From IMG/VR virus record IMGVR_UViG_3300031251_000003, positions 94,107-158,106 of that record: a stretch of 64,000 nucleotides of DNA; one strand, written 5' to 3'. Each line of letters opens with the position of its first letter. Position 1 is the first letter of the stretch. The notes below the pieces were generated by a model that saw nothing but the letters and a program-made list of their open reading frames with translations, was not told where the DNA came from and made no database searches. Shown here in pieces: positions 46,523 to 57,126 of this stretch. The position numbers were made by a program, and so were the translations under genes. This DNA comes from a virus.

Positions 46523-46918
46523 TTGCGAAGTAAATCAACCACAGGAATGGGTAAGGAGCATGAAGAGGCAGTAGTCTCTTCGTTTTCATGGGCTAATGCT
46601 CATCGAAGTAGGAGTTCGGGTGCATCTTTCCATGATCCAGTAGACGTAACGACAGAGGTATCTGTTATAGAATGCGAGGCTACGGAGAATAAGTCCTATA
46701 GTCTCAAAGAAAGTTTCTGGGAAGAGGTAAAGGAGAAACAGCACTCTGGTAAGATGCCCATGTTAGCGATTAGGTTCCGTCATCCTACCGATGGAAAGCA
46801 CACAGATTTAGGTATCATCGATCTAGATAATCTATCTGCACTACTAGAAGAATTGGAGGTATATAGAAATGAATCCCTTGTCCCTGAGCAAAGAAAAGAC
46901 CATAGCCATCATCACTAA
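46523..46918 (+). CDS. PD-(D/E)XK nuclease / resolvase-like protein
   Basis: G..HE, SGA...D.VD...IECE. Confidence 0.6.
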   Translation: MRSKSTTGMGKEHEEAVVSSFSWANAHRSRSSGASFHDPVDVTTEVSVIECEATENKSYSLKESFWEEVKEKQHSGKMPMLAIRFRHPTDGKHTDLGIIDLDNLSALLEELEVYRNESLVPEQRKDHSHHH

Positions 46919-47051
46919 TGCTATCGCATGGGAAATGATTCCCCATGAAAAGAATGATGATGGGGAGATTACTCTTAGTAAGGATGAGGTTGCTCTATGT
47001 AAACGAGCAGCCGAACGTGTCTATCGACAAGCAATAGAAGGACGCGATTAA
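46869..47051 (+). CDS. Hypothetical protein
   Basis: GGAGG RBS, coupled. Confidence 0.55.
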   Translation: MNPLSLSKEKTIAIITNAIAWEMIPHEKNDDGEITLSKDEVALCKRAAERVYRQAIEGRD

Positions 47052-47824
47052 TGGACTCACGTAAATTACGTAAGACTATGACCGCTGGACAGGGAGCGAT
47101 TTTAGTTCCTCTCATTGAGAAGTACCAGCAAAAGGCTAGGTTCCCAGAGAAATGGGACATCGAGATTCAGAACGTGAAGAAGAATGATGGGCATTTCCAT
47201 CCGTCTTCCCATTGTTTCACAGATCCTTATGATCTATGGCTCTACAAGCAAGGTAGACTAGCTCCTAGTCCTATCTCTCCTGCGTTGAGGCGAACCTTCG
47301 ACGTGGGCCATATGGTTCACGGGTATCTTGAGAGTATCGTGATCCACATGGGTCTAGTAAAGAAGACCAACGTGGAACGTCACGTTACTCATGAGATCAC
47401 AACCCAATACGGAATCGTAATAGGATCAGGTACCGGAGATATGATCGATGTCCAGATCCCCGGCTACGGTTCTTGGTTAGTCGATATTAAGACAATGAAT
47501 AAGACCGAGTTTGAACAGGGAGGTAGAGCAGAGACACTCAAGAAGTGGAATGCTCAAGTCTCTTGTTACATGGATTGGTTCGGTGCAGATAAGGCTATGA
47601 TCTTAGCGTTCTGCAAGGATTCTCCGCATCAGATGAGAGAGTTTCAGATCGTCAAGGATCAGAGTTTGCTCAATGAGATCTATGATCGTTGGGGTTATGT
47701 ACAGCACTGTATAGATACTAACAAGGAACCGGATATGGAGTATGCAGTAGATCCTTTGCTTCTAAATCCTGGTGATAGTGTATTGGACGTGGAGTTAGCA
47801 AATAGTTTAGCCCAAGAAAAGTAG
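47051..47824 (+). CDS. PD-(D/E)XK (Cas4-like) exonuclease
   Basis: HPSS, G..VH, G.GD...VDIKT, Q...YM. Confidence 0.8.
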   Translation: MDSRKLRKTMTAGQGAILVPLIEKYQQKARFPEKWDIEIQNVKKNDGHFHPSSHCFTDPYDLWLYKQGRLAPSPISPALRRTFDVGHMVHGYLESIVIHMGLVKKTNVERHVTHEITTQYGIVIGSGTGDMIDVQIPGYGSWLVDIKTMNKTEFEQGGRAETLKKWNAQVSCYMDWFGADKAMILAFCKDSPHQMREFQIVKDQSLLNEIYDRWGYVQHCIDTNKEPDMEYAVDPLLLNPGDSVLDVELANSLAQEK

Positions 47825-47871
47825 CACCAACAATCACATAATTATTGCGAAGGGATAAATAGGCAGATTAT

Positions 47872-47900
47872 TTGACATCTGCCTATTTGTATGTTACAAT
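47872..47900 (+). promoter_or_regulatory. Sigma70 promoter
   Basis: TTGACA-N17-TACAAT. Confidence 0.75.
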
Positions 47901-47917
47901 ACGTTTCATAAACAATA

Positions 47918-48478
47918 ATGGTTATCGTAGGAATTGATGGTGGGTTCGTTCGACTTGGACTTTCAGCCATCTCACTAACAGATGAGGGGATTAGACTCCT
48001 GAATTTTGGATTGATTAGAAACCAAAGAGGGGAAGAAACCTTCAACGAATTTCTCACGGCTGGTATCGAACAGATCACCATGGATTTCCCTAGGTTTTTG
48101 GCACTGAATCAGCCGAACCTTATTGTGTCAGAGACTATCCCGGTCGGTAAATTGGGATCAAGTAATAGTCAGGTAGTAGCAGCCGTCACTACTTGTCACG
48201 TTATAGCAATCCAGCAAGGTATTCCATGGCAAAATCTGGGTGCCAATACTGTGAAGAAAGCTGTTACCGGAGATGGTAAGGCTAGCAAGACCTTGATCCG
48301 TAATACGATACTGGATAGGTTCCCCTCTATAGCACAGAAACATGCAGAGTTGAAGCGAGAACAGAAAGAAGCTGGCGACAAGACACGCCCTGGGTTACCT
48401 CAAGATGTCTTCGATAGTGTGGCCGTCGCTTTGACGGGGGCCATGAAAACGGAGTTAGATGAAAAGGAAACGATGTAA
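47918..48478 (+). CDS. ruvC: Holliday junction resolvase RuvC
   Basis: IVGIDGG, VKKAVTGDGKASK, D..DSVAVA. Confidence 0.88.
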   Translation: MVIVGIDGGFVRLGLSAISLTDEGIRLLNFGLIRNQRGEETFNEFLTAGIEQITMDFPRFLALNQPNLIVSETIPVGKLGSSNSQVVAAVTTCHVIAIQQGIPWQNLGANTVKKAVTGDGKASKTLIRNTILDRFPSIAQKHAELKREQKEAGDKTRPGLPQDVFDSVAVALTGAMKTELDEKETM

Positions 48479-48974
48479 GGGATGCAAGCAACTTAAAAGA
48501 GAAAGTCTATTCTCACTAGGCAAGAATGGCCGCAATGAAGTTTGTCGTGCTTGTAACTACGATGGCTTAACGGCCAATGAGAAGCACAAGATTCTACGCG
48601 AAGCGTACAGGAATTACCTTACCTGGAAGGATCTTCTTACTTATGGTGGTGGAAGTGAACACCCCGTATCGAATAGAGAAGAGCTAGAGGTATTGACATA
48701 TAGCATACCGGTAGAGAAAGGATCAGATGAATATGTTCCTATCTCTATTTCTTTTTATGATCTTGAACGTGCATTGAAAACCTTCAATGGTGAGATGCAA
48801 CGTGACGGAACTATCCTCTCCAAACGCAAGGAAGAAGCATTCTATTTGAATGTTATTCGGGATATGCTACAGCGTGACGTGGCTGAGAAGATGGGCATAA
48901 CAACTGTCTCGGTGGGTCAGTATGTCGAGCAATCTATGAGACAAATAGAGAAGTATTTCTTTGAAGAAGTATAA
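48459..48974 (+). CDS. Sigma-region-4-like HTH regulator with N-terminal Zn finger
   Basis: CKGC..CRAC; LQRDVAEKMGITTVSV. Confidence 0.7.
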   Translation: MKRKRCKGCKQLKRESLFSLGKNGRNEVCRACNYDGLTANEKHKILREAYRNYLTWKDLLTYGGGSEHPVSNREELEVLTYSIPVEKGSDEYVPISISFYDLERALKTFNGEMQRDGTILSKRKEEAFYLNVIRDMLQRDVAEKMGITTVSVGQYVEQSMRQIEKYFFEEV

Positions 48975-49005
48975 AATCTCCTATCCCGGACAGTAAATAA
49001 ATAGA

Positions 49006-49350
49006 ATGGCACAACGTACACCGTATTCCACTCGTAAGGAAGCTCTGTTAGAATTACCAGAGTTCGATCCTACTCGTACTGATTATACCGAGTATGAATT
49101 ATCGCTGTATACAGATCAGATGCTGAGAAACGCTGGTGCAGCCGACGACGCACGTTTCCTCTTCCAAGAGCACATCGAACCTAGGTGGCGCAAAGAGGTA
49201 CGTGTTGAGTCAGGCACACCAGACGCAACTATCACTCATTCACTCTCCCCGGACGGTGTTACCATGTACAACAGGCAGCATAAGAATGGGCGAAAGGTGA
49301 ATAGTGATAAGCAGAGAAAAGATAGCGGCGCTTCCTATTATCGGACGTAA
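49006..49350 (+). CDS. Hypothetical protein
   Basis: 114 aa, first gene of the packaging operon. Confidence 0.6.
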   Translation: MAQRTPYSTRKEALLELPEFDPTRTDYTEYELSLYTDQMLRNAGAADDARFLFQEHIEPRWRKEVRVESGTPDATITHSLSPDGVTMYNRQHKNGRKVNSDKQRKDSGASYYRT

Positions 49351-49374
49351 GGGTGGGGAATAGGAGGAATACCT

Positions 49375-49977
49375 ATGGCCTCTAAAGGGAACATAGATAC
49401 GCTTACAAATAAGATGCCGCTCAAGACTGAGAAGCGGTGTAATGTCTGTACCTCATCCAGTAGGATGAAGGTTGATCGTCTTCTTGCAGCACAGTTTTCC
49501 AACACAGCTATCGCAGAAGAATTGATTATGTCTGACCCTGATTTCCAGGGCAAGCAAGTAGACACAGTTCGTAGAAATGTAGAACGTCACGGCAAGAACC
49601 ACGTTGATATTCGTAACCGATCTATCCGACGTATGGTTGAGAAGCGTGCTCAAGAACAGGGCATGTTGTTGGATGTGGCTGAAGGTAGGATTACTTCAGG
49701 CCGCGCTCTGCTCGATACCCTGATCGCTCAGGCTCAGGAGCAGCTAGCTAACCCCGATAGTCGTGTGCGTTATGCAGATGCTATCGAGGCTGTCAAGCTT
49801 CTTGAGGATGTTCAGAAAGCAGAGTTCCAATCACAGCTTGAAGTCTTACAGCGCCAGGTCTATTGTATTTCGACAGCCGTTAAAGAGATTGTACCTGAAG
49901 CTCTACTACCAAAGTTGGTAGAGCGGGCTGATCAACTATTCAAGGGTACAGAGATCAAGGAGTTAAGTGCCAAGTAA
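49375..49977 (+). CDS. Putative terminase small subunit
   Basis: CNVC..H, helical; upstream of the large terminase. Confidence 0.5.
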   Translation: MASKGNIDTLTNKMPLKTEKRCNVCTSSSRMKVDRLLAAQFSNTAIAEELIMSDPDFQGKQVDTVRRNVERHGKNHVDIRNRSIRRMVEKRAQEQGMLLDVAEGRITSGRALLDTLIAQAQEQLANPDSRVRYADAIEAVKLLEDVQKAEFQSQLEVLQRQVYCISTAVKEIVPEALLPKLVERADQLFKGTEIKELSAK

Positions 49978-50285
49978 TGATTGACCTTTATGAGAATGAA
50001 GTAGAACTAGTCTACGATACTGTGCAGTACGTGCAGCGTAAGTTCAGTGGGAAGATGGCTTCAGGTGAGAACCTAACCTTGCTTCAGAAAGAACTGGTTG
50101 GTAGACTAGAAGACTTAGGATTTGGTTGCACCGTCGATGTTACCCCTATCGCACAGGGGTTGCCGATCTCTTTACGGATCGATTCCCGTCTAGAGAATAG
50201 ACTCTTTGACGCTGAGCGAAAGAGATGGGAGGTTCAGCGACGAGATGATGACACGCCGGTCAGTGAGATCGAGGGTCTTGTTTAA
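49977..50285 (+). CDS. Hypothetical protein
   Basis: Coupled ORF. Confidence 0.6.
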   Translation: MIDLYENEVELVYDTVQYVQRKFSGKMASGENLTLLQKELVGRLEDLGFGCTVDVTPIAQGLPISLRIDSRLENRLFDAERKRWEVQRRDDDTPVSEIEGLV

Positions 50286-52246
50286 TGTCATCAATGCCCG
50301 ATCTAATCGAGCAGTTTGGCAACGCGATCATCAAAGATCGCGTTGACATTATTGAGTTTGTTGAGTCTCCGAAGTTCTTAGGTCGTCAACTATACCCTAG
50401 GCAGAAAACTCTTCTTAAGATCATCTATCTTCTAGACCTAGATGAGTATGATAAGGCCGTCATCGCTGAGTGGGAAGATCCAGAAGGGGAATGCACAGTC
50501 TGTACCAAACTCTATGATCGTATCGAGTTCCTTAAGAAGGAAGGTTACCCACATTTCAAGACTATTCAGTTGGTCGGTGGACGACGATCCTCCAAGGGTT
50601 TCATCACCGGGATTTGCATCGCGTATGAGATCTATTGTCTCACGTTACATGATGATCTTCATCAGCAGTTTAACCTACCTTCAGGTAAGGAAATCTACTT
50701 CAACATCGTAGCCGACTCATTGGATCAAGCCAAGGCTCACCAGTTCTCCGACGCTGCTGATGCTGTCATGGATACCAAGCCATTCCAGAAGCAACGTCTT
50801 TTCGGTAAGGGCTTAGCTGAATCTCTGAGTATCAATACTCCCGGCGATCTTAGACGCCTTGCCGACCTTCGAGCGGGTGGGTTGAAGGTAGATCGAGATA
50901 TGGGATCGCTAATTGTCAAGGCCAACGGGACTAACTCCAAGACGATCCGAGGATCCGCTAGCTTGATGTTCGTCTTTGACGAGATGGCCCACCTTGTAGC
51001 GGGTGAATCTCGTATGTCCGATGAAGAGCTATGGAAGGCAGCTATCCCTTCAGTTCAGCAGTTCCGTGAGGAAGGAATGATCTTTGCTAACTCATCGCCA
51101 TACCAGAAGCTTGGGAAATTCTACGAACTATATGAACAGTCATTAAAACTAGATCCCCCAGAAGAAGGTAAGCCAGAGTTCCCGGATCAGTTCATGTTGC
51201 AATTTCCTTCTTGGGAATTGTATAAGGATTATGAAAAGTTTGGGATGCCGATCCCCGCTGCTCTCCCTCCCGAAGTAGATCCGATGATGCGTTACGAAGA
51301 GATGCGTGATCCTGTATCCTTCAAGGTCGAGAACCGTGCTCAGTTCGCTGAAGTCGAGGACTCATTCCTCAGACCTGAGCTTGTGGATCGTATGTTCGAT
51401 CCGATCTTCACCGAAGAGAGCATCGGTAGAACGATCCACCCGATGGCTGGCGCTGTGGGCTTCATGAAGTACAAGGGTCACGGCGACCCTGCATCCGTGG
51501 GTGCTAACTTCGGTATAGCTATCGGCCATGTAGAAGAGGTAGAGAATCTCAACACAGGGATCCTTGAACCTCATGTTGTCTTTGATTTCATCGATGCTTT
51601 CTACCCTGATGACTTCAAGGATCCTCAGTTCCCTGACCATCCGGGAACCATTGACTGGTTGGAAGTTATCCCCACCATTACATCTTTGATCAACAACTTC
51701 CGCCCATTCGAATTTACATTCGACCAGTTCAACTCAGTCATGGCCATCCAGCAGTTGCAAGAGAACCTGCGAAAGATGAGTATCCAGGACTCACTAGTTT
51801 ATGAGAAGTTCGCAACCCCTAAACTCAACCAGAGGCGAGCATATAACTTCCGAGAAGCACTAAACCTAGGCCGCGTTCATGCGCCACACCCTGAGACATT
51901 CAATCCAATTGCTACCAAGAATCCTATTGAGCTAGCTAGAAATGAGCTTAAGTTCCTCAAGGAAAAACTAGGTAAGGTAGACAAGCAAACCATCGGCCCT
52001 GTAAGGACTAAGGATATTGCAGACTGTTTGATGGAAGTTACCGACGCCTTAATTGGTGATACATTGGGATCAATTTATGATGGATTAGGAGGAACACCAG
52101 CATTAGGTGCTCAAATGACACCCGCTGGTTTCCTTCATGGAAATACAATGCAATTCTCAGAACTAAGAGATTGGGCTAATCATCATAATACAATGAAGGA
52201 TGTGAGAATACCGGGTCGAGGAATAAATCGATCCAGAAAGCATTAG
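50285..52246 (+). CDS. Terminase large subunit
   Basis: LYPRQ, GGRRSSK, FDEMAH, SSP; nuclease H.DPA, FDQFNS, KDIAD. Confidence 0.9.
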   Translation: MSSMPDLIEQFGNAIIKDRVDIIEFVESPKFLGRQLYPRQKTLLKIIYLLDLDEYDKAVIAEWEDPEGECTVCTKLYDRIEFLKKEGYPHFKTIQLVGGRRSSKGFITGICIAYEIYCLTLHDDLHQQFNLPSGKEIYFNIVADSLDQAKAHQFSDAADAVMDTKPFQKQRLFGKGLAESLSINTPGDLRRLADLRAGGLKVDRDMGSLIVKANGTNSKTIRGSASLMFVFDEMAHLVAGESRMSDEELWKAAIPSVQQFREEGMIFANSSPYQKLGKFYELYEQSLKLDPPEEGKPEFPDQFMLQFPSWELYKDYEKFGMPIPAALPPEVDPMMRYEEMRDPVSFKVENRAQFAEVEDSFLRPELVDRMFDPIFTEESIGRTIHPMAGAVGFMKYKGHGDPASVGANFGIAIGHVEEVENLNTGILEPHVVFDFIDAFYPDDFKDPQFPDHPGTIDWLEVIPTITSLINNFRPFEFTFDQFNSVMAIQQLQENLRKMSIQDSLVYEKFATPKLNQRRAYNFREALNLGRVHAPHPETFNPIATKNPIELARNELKFLKEKLGKVDKQTIGPVRTKDIADCLMEVTDALIGDTLGSIYDGLGGTPALGAQMTPAGFLHGNTMQFSELRDWANHHNTMKDVRIPGRGINRSRKH

Positions 52247-52286
52247 ATACTTCTAAAACTATATCGAACGGGGAGAAATAGATAGA

Positions 52287-53189
52287 ATGGTCATTGAGGA
52301 AGCGGGTAAAGTATACCATATAGATGATGAAACTGGCCTTGTAACTGAGGCGAGTCTAATCGAGGACGCTGAAGCATTGAGCGATGAGTTCAGAATTGGT
52401 GATCGCGTTGTAGTTTCTGGGCAATTCGGTGAGGTCGTCAGTGTTATCCCAAGTTACTATGGCGCAGCCTTTGGCGTCCAGTTTGATAACGGTGACGTTG
52501 ATGAATTTGGTGAGTCTCAGATGGCTCGTACCGCAGCAGAGAAGAAGGCTTCTTATGAGTCTCCGATCTTGGAGATCTTTGCTCGTTATGCAGCCTATCA
52601 GGAGATGGAAATCTATACTCCTGAAGAGCAGGAAGCTAAGAGAGCAGAGGCACGTTGGCTTAGTCTTAGTGCTAGCTCCTTGCGTGCTCACACCGGAGCT
52701 TACGGTGAAGCAGATCCTAAGTTGGATGAGATAGTTCTCACCACAAGATCTGATCTAAAGGATCTTGACGAGCTTAGATTGCTCGTGGACACTGAGGCAA
52801 ACCAGAAGTACCTAACTAGTCTCAATCGTTACAAGATCTCAGATGAGATCCATGGTTATGGTGCTAGCATGGGCGGTAAGGATGATGCATCGTGGCTCTC
52901 TCTTGAAGAGGACAACCTTGAAGTAATAGTTACCACTGATGCTGATCTAGCAGCCCGAGCAACTGAAGTCGTTGCTTTCCTTTCACGAGAGCAGCTTCTA
53001 GATGATGACTTTATGCGGGTAGCAGGCACTTACCAGTACGAGTATCTACAAATGGATCCCACCCAGAAGAAGACCTTTGATCGTCTTCTTTCTAAGGCTC
53101 GTGTTGAGAAGATTAAGGAGCTTCCTGTTGAAACCAAGACAGCTTCTACTACTTTCGATTTAGAAGACACTACAGATATCTTCATTTAG
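52287..53189 (+). CDS. Head-associated hypothetical protein
   Basis: Acidic 300 aa between terminase and portal. Confidence 0.55.
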   Translation: MVIEEAGKVYHIDDETGLVTEASLIEDAEALSDEFRIGDRVVVSGQFGEVVSVIPSYYGAAFGVQFDNGDVDEFGESQMARTAAEKKASYESPILEIFARYAAYQEMEIYTPEEQEAKRAEARWLSLSASSLRAHTGAYGEADPKLDEIVLTTRSDLKDLDELRLLVDTEANQKYLTSLNRYKISDEIHGYGASMGGKDDASWLSLEEDNLEVIVTTDADLAARATEVVAFLSREQLLDDDFMRVAGTYQYEYLQMDPTQKKTFDRLLSKARVEKIKELPVETKTASTTFDLEDTTDIFI

Positions 53190-53197
53190 GAGAAGAG

Positions 53198-54790
53198 ATG
53201 TTATACGATCTAACTGTTAGTGAACGAGCAAACAAATCTGCACTACTCCTGGTCAATGAGAGATATTCTACACAACTCGCCCCGTTCGTAAAGAATTCTA
53301 AGGCTAGGTTGACGTATGTACAGGCAGATCTTCAGCGTATTATCGAGGCTGTTTGTGAAGAGACTGGTGCTGACCCCGAGTGGGTAACGGAGAGGTTCTC
53401 CGTGATCGCTCCTGTTCTAGAGAAGTCTCCTGCTAAGCACGAAGATCTCACTAATCCAGATCCTAACTCTCCTTACGCAACAAATTTAGATCCTGATTCA
53501 CAGGTCGGTCGAGAGGGTATCCTTGAGGCCGACGTTACTGATCGTGGTGAGGTTCCCGGTGCAGGTTTAGCCGAGTCTATGACCCCTGGTGCTCGTGTAG
53601 ATCTCAATGATGAGACAGCCGATCCCAAGGGTGAGACTGAGGTAGACTACAAGACTACGAATCTCAAGGAAGCTATGACGGCTCGTGACTTTGTAGCCAT
53701 CGCTGGTATTCTAGCACAGAATAATGCTGATGAGAATCTGATAAATTCATTCGCAGATATGTTACAGGGAACTAATCCTCTCTTTGATCGAGATCGATTT
53801 ATTGCAGCCGCACAGGGTTCTCCCCTTTCGGGTCGAGATGCCCCACGCATGATGTCTTGCTTTCGATGCGGGACAGATCTAGCAAAGACCTCTTCCTCTA
53901 CCGTCTGTGAGACGTGTACTCAGGAGCTAACCAAGCTTGCAGTTCCAGCACCGCCTGGAACAGATGGAAGCAATGGTATCGGTGCTGGCGCACCGGCACC
54001 TGGACTTCAGGAAGAATTCGCTCCACCCGCAAACCCTAATGTGCCATACGTCTGCCAATTGTGCGGACGCGAAGGGAACAGGGAAGAGATTCTTACCCAT
54101 ATTAACCGTGAGCACGCTGATGTTCTAAACAAGCAGCAGCAGGATATGTCCACGGAGAACATGGGTCAGGATGATCTTGGTGTAACTGGTGGTAAGACAG
54201 CCGATGTCCCTCGTAATGAGGACGCCGCTGAGGTACAACCATTGCCCGAGAACCCTGGTGACAAGTTCGATGACTACGTACAGAAGCTAGCTGAGACAGC
54301 AGCAGCCCGTAAGTTTTCACAGTTGACTGATGAGGATATTCATTCGATTGCTAGCCAGGTAGGTCAGAGTCCTGATGATGTAAAGAACTCTGTCAAGTGT
54401 GTAGCTGTCTTTGGTGATCAGGTTGCTGTCAATGGTCAACTTGGTGGTGATCCTGCACCACCAGAGGGTTACGAAGAGATCTCTGTTCAGGGTCTTAGTG
54501 GTCAGCAGCCTAGTCATGACGCCTTGGTTCCGACAGATCTAATCCTCACGGCAGTAGCTGATCAGATGAATATGTCCAAGGATCTTGCGTACAACATGGT
54601 CAAGGATAAGTATGGCGCTGACCTACCTGATAAGTACCACGCCTCTGTAGGCGGTCAGGTTCACTACTACTTGCCTACGGATATGGCAGGTAATCAGCAA
54701 CAGCAACAGCAGAACCCTCAGGTAGGGCCGACAGCACCACCGGCACCGGTAGCTCAGCCGCAACAGCAGCCACAGCAGCCTATGCAATAG
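53198..54790 (+). CDS. Acidic head/scaffold-like protein with zinc fingers
   Basis: CFRC..CETC, CQLC..H...H; Gln/Pro-rich tail. Confidence 0.55.
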   Translation: MLYDLTVSERANKSALLLVNERYSTQLAPFVKNSKARLTYVQADLQRIIEAVCEETGADPEWVTERFSVIAPVLEKSPAKHEDLTNPDPNSPYATNLDPDSQVGREGILEADVTDRGEVPGAGLAESMTPGARVDLNDETADPKGETEVDYKTTNLKEAMTARDFVAIAGILAQNNADENLINSFADMLQGTNPLFDRDRFIAAAQGSPLSGRDAPRMMSCFRCGTDLAKTSSSTVCETCTQELTKLAVPAPPGTDGSNGIGAGAPAPGLQEEFAPPANPNVPYVCQLCGREGNREEILTHINREHADVLNKQQQDMSTENMGQDDLGVTGGKTADVPRNEDAAEVQPLPENPGDKFDDYVQKLAETAAARKFSQLTDEDIHSIASQVGQSPDDVKNSVKCVAVFGDQVAVNGQLGGDPAPPEGYEEISVQGLSGQQPSHDALVPTDLILTAVADQMNMSKDLAYNMVKDKYGADLPDKYHASVGGQVHYYLPTDMAGNQQQQQQNPQVGPTAPPAPVAQPQQQPQQPMQ

Positions 54791-54796
54791 AGAGTA

Positions 54797-55069
54797 ATGA
54801 AAGGCAAGGAGTGGAAAAGAAAGAGAAAGCAGGTATTAGATCGAGATGAATACCAGTGCAAGCAAGTCGAGAATGAAGTTAGGTGTTCCAGTATCACAGA
54901 TTTAACCGTCGATCATATACTACCAAGATCACAGGGCGGGACGAATGATCTCAGTAACTTACAAACTTTATGCTTAGAACATCACAGAATAAAGAGTCGC
55001 TGGGAACAAGAATACTACAAACAAGTTGGGGATACAGATAATGGATGTCTTGCGTTCGACGGAACTTAA
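54797..55069 (+). CDS. HNH endonuclease
   Basis: RD.YQC, TVDHILPRSQGG..NLQTLC..HH..K. Confidence 0.9.
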   Translation: MKGKEWKRKRKQVLDRDEYQCKQVENEVRCSSITDLTVDHILPRSQGGTNDLSNLQTLCLEHHRIKSRWEQEYYKQVGDTDNGCLAFDGT

Positions 55070-57113
55070 CAATTATGAAAGGTTAGCATTACATAAGTCC
55101 AAGGGTACACCAAGACCAGTTCTAGTAGACAGAAATGGTAGAGGGAATCTCTTCAGAGACGCTAACCAACAAGATCTTATAAGTGATTTCGCTAATCGTC
55201 GTGCATTGTCACGACGAACTGCATCTATGGGTGGTGATGATGTCTTCGCCGCAATGCCTAGGATGTATAGCCCGATGGAATACTTCCAAGCTCAGAAGAT
55301 TCCGTATCGGATCGATCAGGATCAGGAAAGATTCAAGCTGTATCAGTGGCTGGATCTGTTCTATAGAACTCACTACTTGATTCCGATTCTGGTTGACATC
55401 TTCACTCGATTCCCCCTAGTTGGAATCGAACTAGAGTCACCCGATCCAGAACTCAAGACCTTCTATGAAGATCTCTTCTTCGAGCGCATGGACTACGAAC
55501 ATTTCCTAGTCGATCTCGGAAGAGAATACTGGACGTTAGGGCAGGCATTCCCATTAGGTCACTTCAATGAGACGCTTGGTATCTGGGAAGAGGAAGAGCT
55601 TATCGATCCCACGATGGTCAAGGTACGTAAGTATCCGATCATTGGTGGTGAACAGTTCTTCTTTGCCTCTGAGGGTATGGAAACTCTACGTAACATCGTA
55701 GAGAAGCAGCAGCCTCGTGAGATATTTTACCTATTGGAGAGAGACTATCCAGAATGGATCCCGTTCTTGAAGAATAAGAAGGACATCCCCGTTAGCAACG
55801 TACTGCTCAAGCAGGTAGCTTTCAAGTCTAACCCCCGTGATCTTCACGGTACACCTATCTTGCTCCGTGCATTACGTACATTGCTGCACGAAGAGAAGCT
55901 TATCGCATCACAGGATGCTGTAGCTGAACGACTTTACAACCCGGCCATCCTCGTTAAACTAGGTATTCAGGATATGGGTCAGAACCGTGGCCCTTGGATC
56001 CCGACCCCTGCTGAAGTGCAGGATGTCCGAGATCAGTTTGACCTGATGCTTGCAAGCGACTTCCGTTTGATGGTTCACCACTTCGGAATCGAGGTACAAC
56101 AGGTCTTCGGTAGGGATCAGATGCCTAGATTGGATCAGGACTTTGATCGTATCGAGACACGACTTATGATGACCTTCGGTGTCAATCCGTCCCTTCTTCA
56201 AGCTGGTAGTGCTAGTCAGCCGTATGCTTCTAGTGCTTTGCAGGCAGAATTCCTTAACCAGATTCTTCGCACGTACCAGAAGTTCCTCATCAACCACTAC
56301 AAGACTCGTGCTAGAATAGTAGCTGAAGCACAAGAGCATTTTGCCTACGAGAAGCGTGGAGATACAAGAATCCCAATCATGGAAGAAGTTCTTACCATCG
56401 ATGAAGATGGAAACGAGGTAATCGAGGAACGAAACAAGCTCATGATTCCTGAGATGAGGATGAAGGTGCTTGACCTTAGAGATGAGGCAACGCAGCGCCA
56501 GTTCTATCAGGCACTCAAGCAGCAGGGCGTACCTCTACCGGATCAGGATCTCGCAATGGGTATGCACTACGACTTCGTTGAGTCTCTTGCTAAGACGGAA
56601 GAGGAAATGATTCAGAAGACTGTCAGCCAGCAGGAAGCTAAGGTTAAGACTTATGATATCCTTACCGCTAAGGGTCTTCCGATCCCGCCAGATCTAAAGC
56701 AAGAGGTAGAAGGTATGGCTGGGTTCCAGCCGCCACAACCTGGCGAGGGTACTGACATTGGTGTCACACCCCCGATGCCTGGTGAAGATATTGCGATGCC
56801 TCCACCGCCTGGTGGTGGAACAGGGCCGATTGGCCCGTATGATGCTGAACGTGGCGGAAGACCGGAGCAATCTGATGAAGGTAATCCGATCCCACCGCCT
56901 GGTCAAGTGCCGACACAGCCTCAGATTCCTGGGGTACCGGGACAGCCTGGTCTATTGGGAATCCCTGGCGCACCTAAGCCAGCGATCAGTAGCAGCACTA
57001 AGTTACCAAGAAAGAAAGCTAAGAATTTCACCGTACCTGACTTGACAAAGGTGGATGGGACTGCTACACTTAGCCAAGATGAAGATTCGATTACAGAATC
57101 TCCCGCAGAATAA
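55041..57113 (+). CDS. Portal protein
   Basis: About 690 aa near the terminase; HGTPILLRALR, FGV...LL; Pro/Gly-rich tail. Confidence 0.75.
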   Translation: MDVLRSTELNNYERLALHKSKGTPRPVLVDRNGRGNLFRDANQQDLISDFANRRALSRRTASMGGDDVFAAMPRMYSPMEYFQAQKIPYRIDQDQERFKLYQWLDLFYRTHYLIPILVDIFTRFPLVGIELESPDPELKTFYEDLFFERMDYEHFLVDLGREYWTLGQAFPLGHFNETLGIWEEEELIDPTMVKVRKYPIIGGEQFFFASEGMETLRNIVEKQQPREIFYLLERDYPEWIPFLKNKKDIPVSNVLLKQVAFKSNPRDLHGTPILLRALRTLLHEEKLIASQDAVAERLYNPAILVKLGIQDMGQNRGPWIPTPAEVQDVRDQFDLMLASDFRLMVHHFGIEVQQVFGRDQMPRLDQDFDRIETRLMMTFGVNPSLLQAGSASQPYASSALQAEFLNQILRTYQKFLINHYKTRARIVAEAQEHFAYEKRGDTRIPIMEEVLTIDEDGNEVIEERNKLMIPEMRMKVLDLRDEATQRQFYQALKQQGVPLPDQDLAMGMHYDFVESLAKTEEEMIQKTVSQQEAKVKTYDILTAKGLPIPPDLKQEVEGMAGFQPPQPGEGTDIGVTPPMPGEDIAMPPPPGGGTGPIGPYDAERGGRPEQSDEGNPIPPPGQVPTQPQIPGVPGQPGLLGIPGAPKPAISSSTKLPRKKAKNFTVPDLTKVDGTATLSQDEDSITESPAE

Positions 57114-57126
57114 CGCGGCTGAAGAT

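Noticed and set aside
47051-47824. Cas4-like nuclease as part of a CRISPR-Cas system
   Set aside because: No other cas genes or array; it sits in the RecA/RuvC recombination module.
32550-52246. Inteins in NrdJ, DnaB, DnaE, RecA or terminase
   Set aside because: Lengths are normal, and no C...HN-C/S/T splice motifs or LAGLIDADG blocks were seen.
52287-55300. KTA/RTA motifs in head-region proteins as prohead protease sites
   Set aside because: Too few and too short to separate from chance without the capsid and protease genes.
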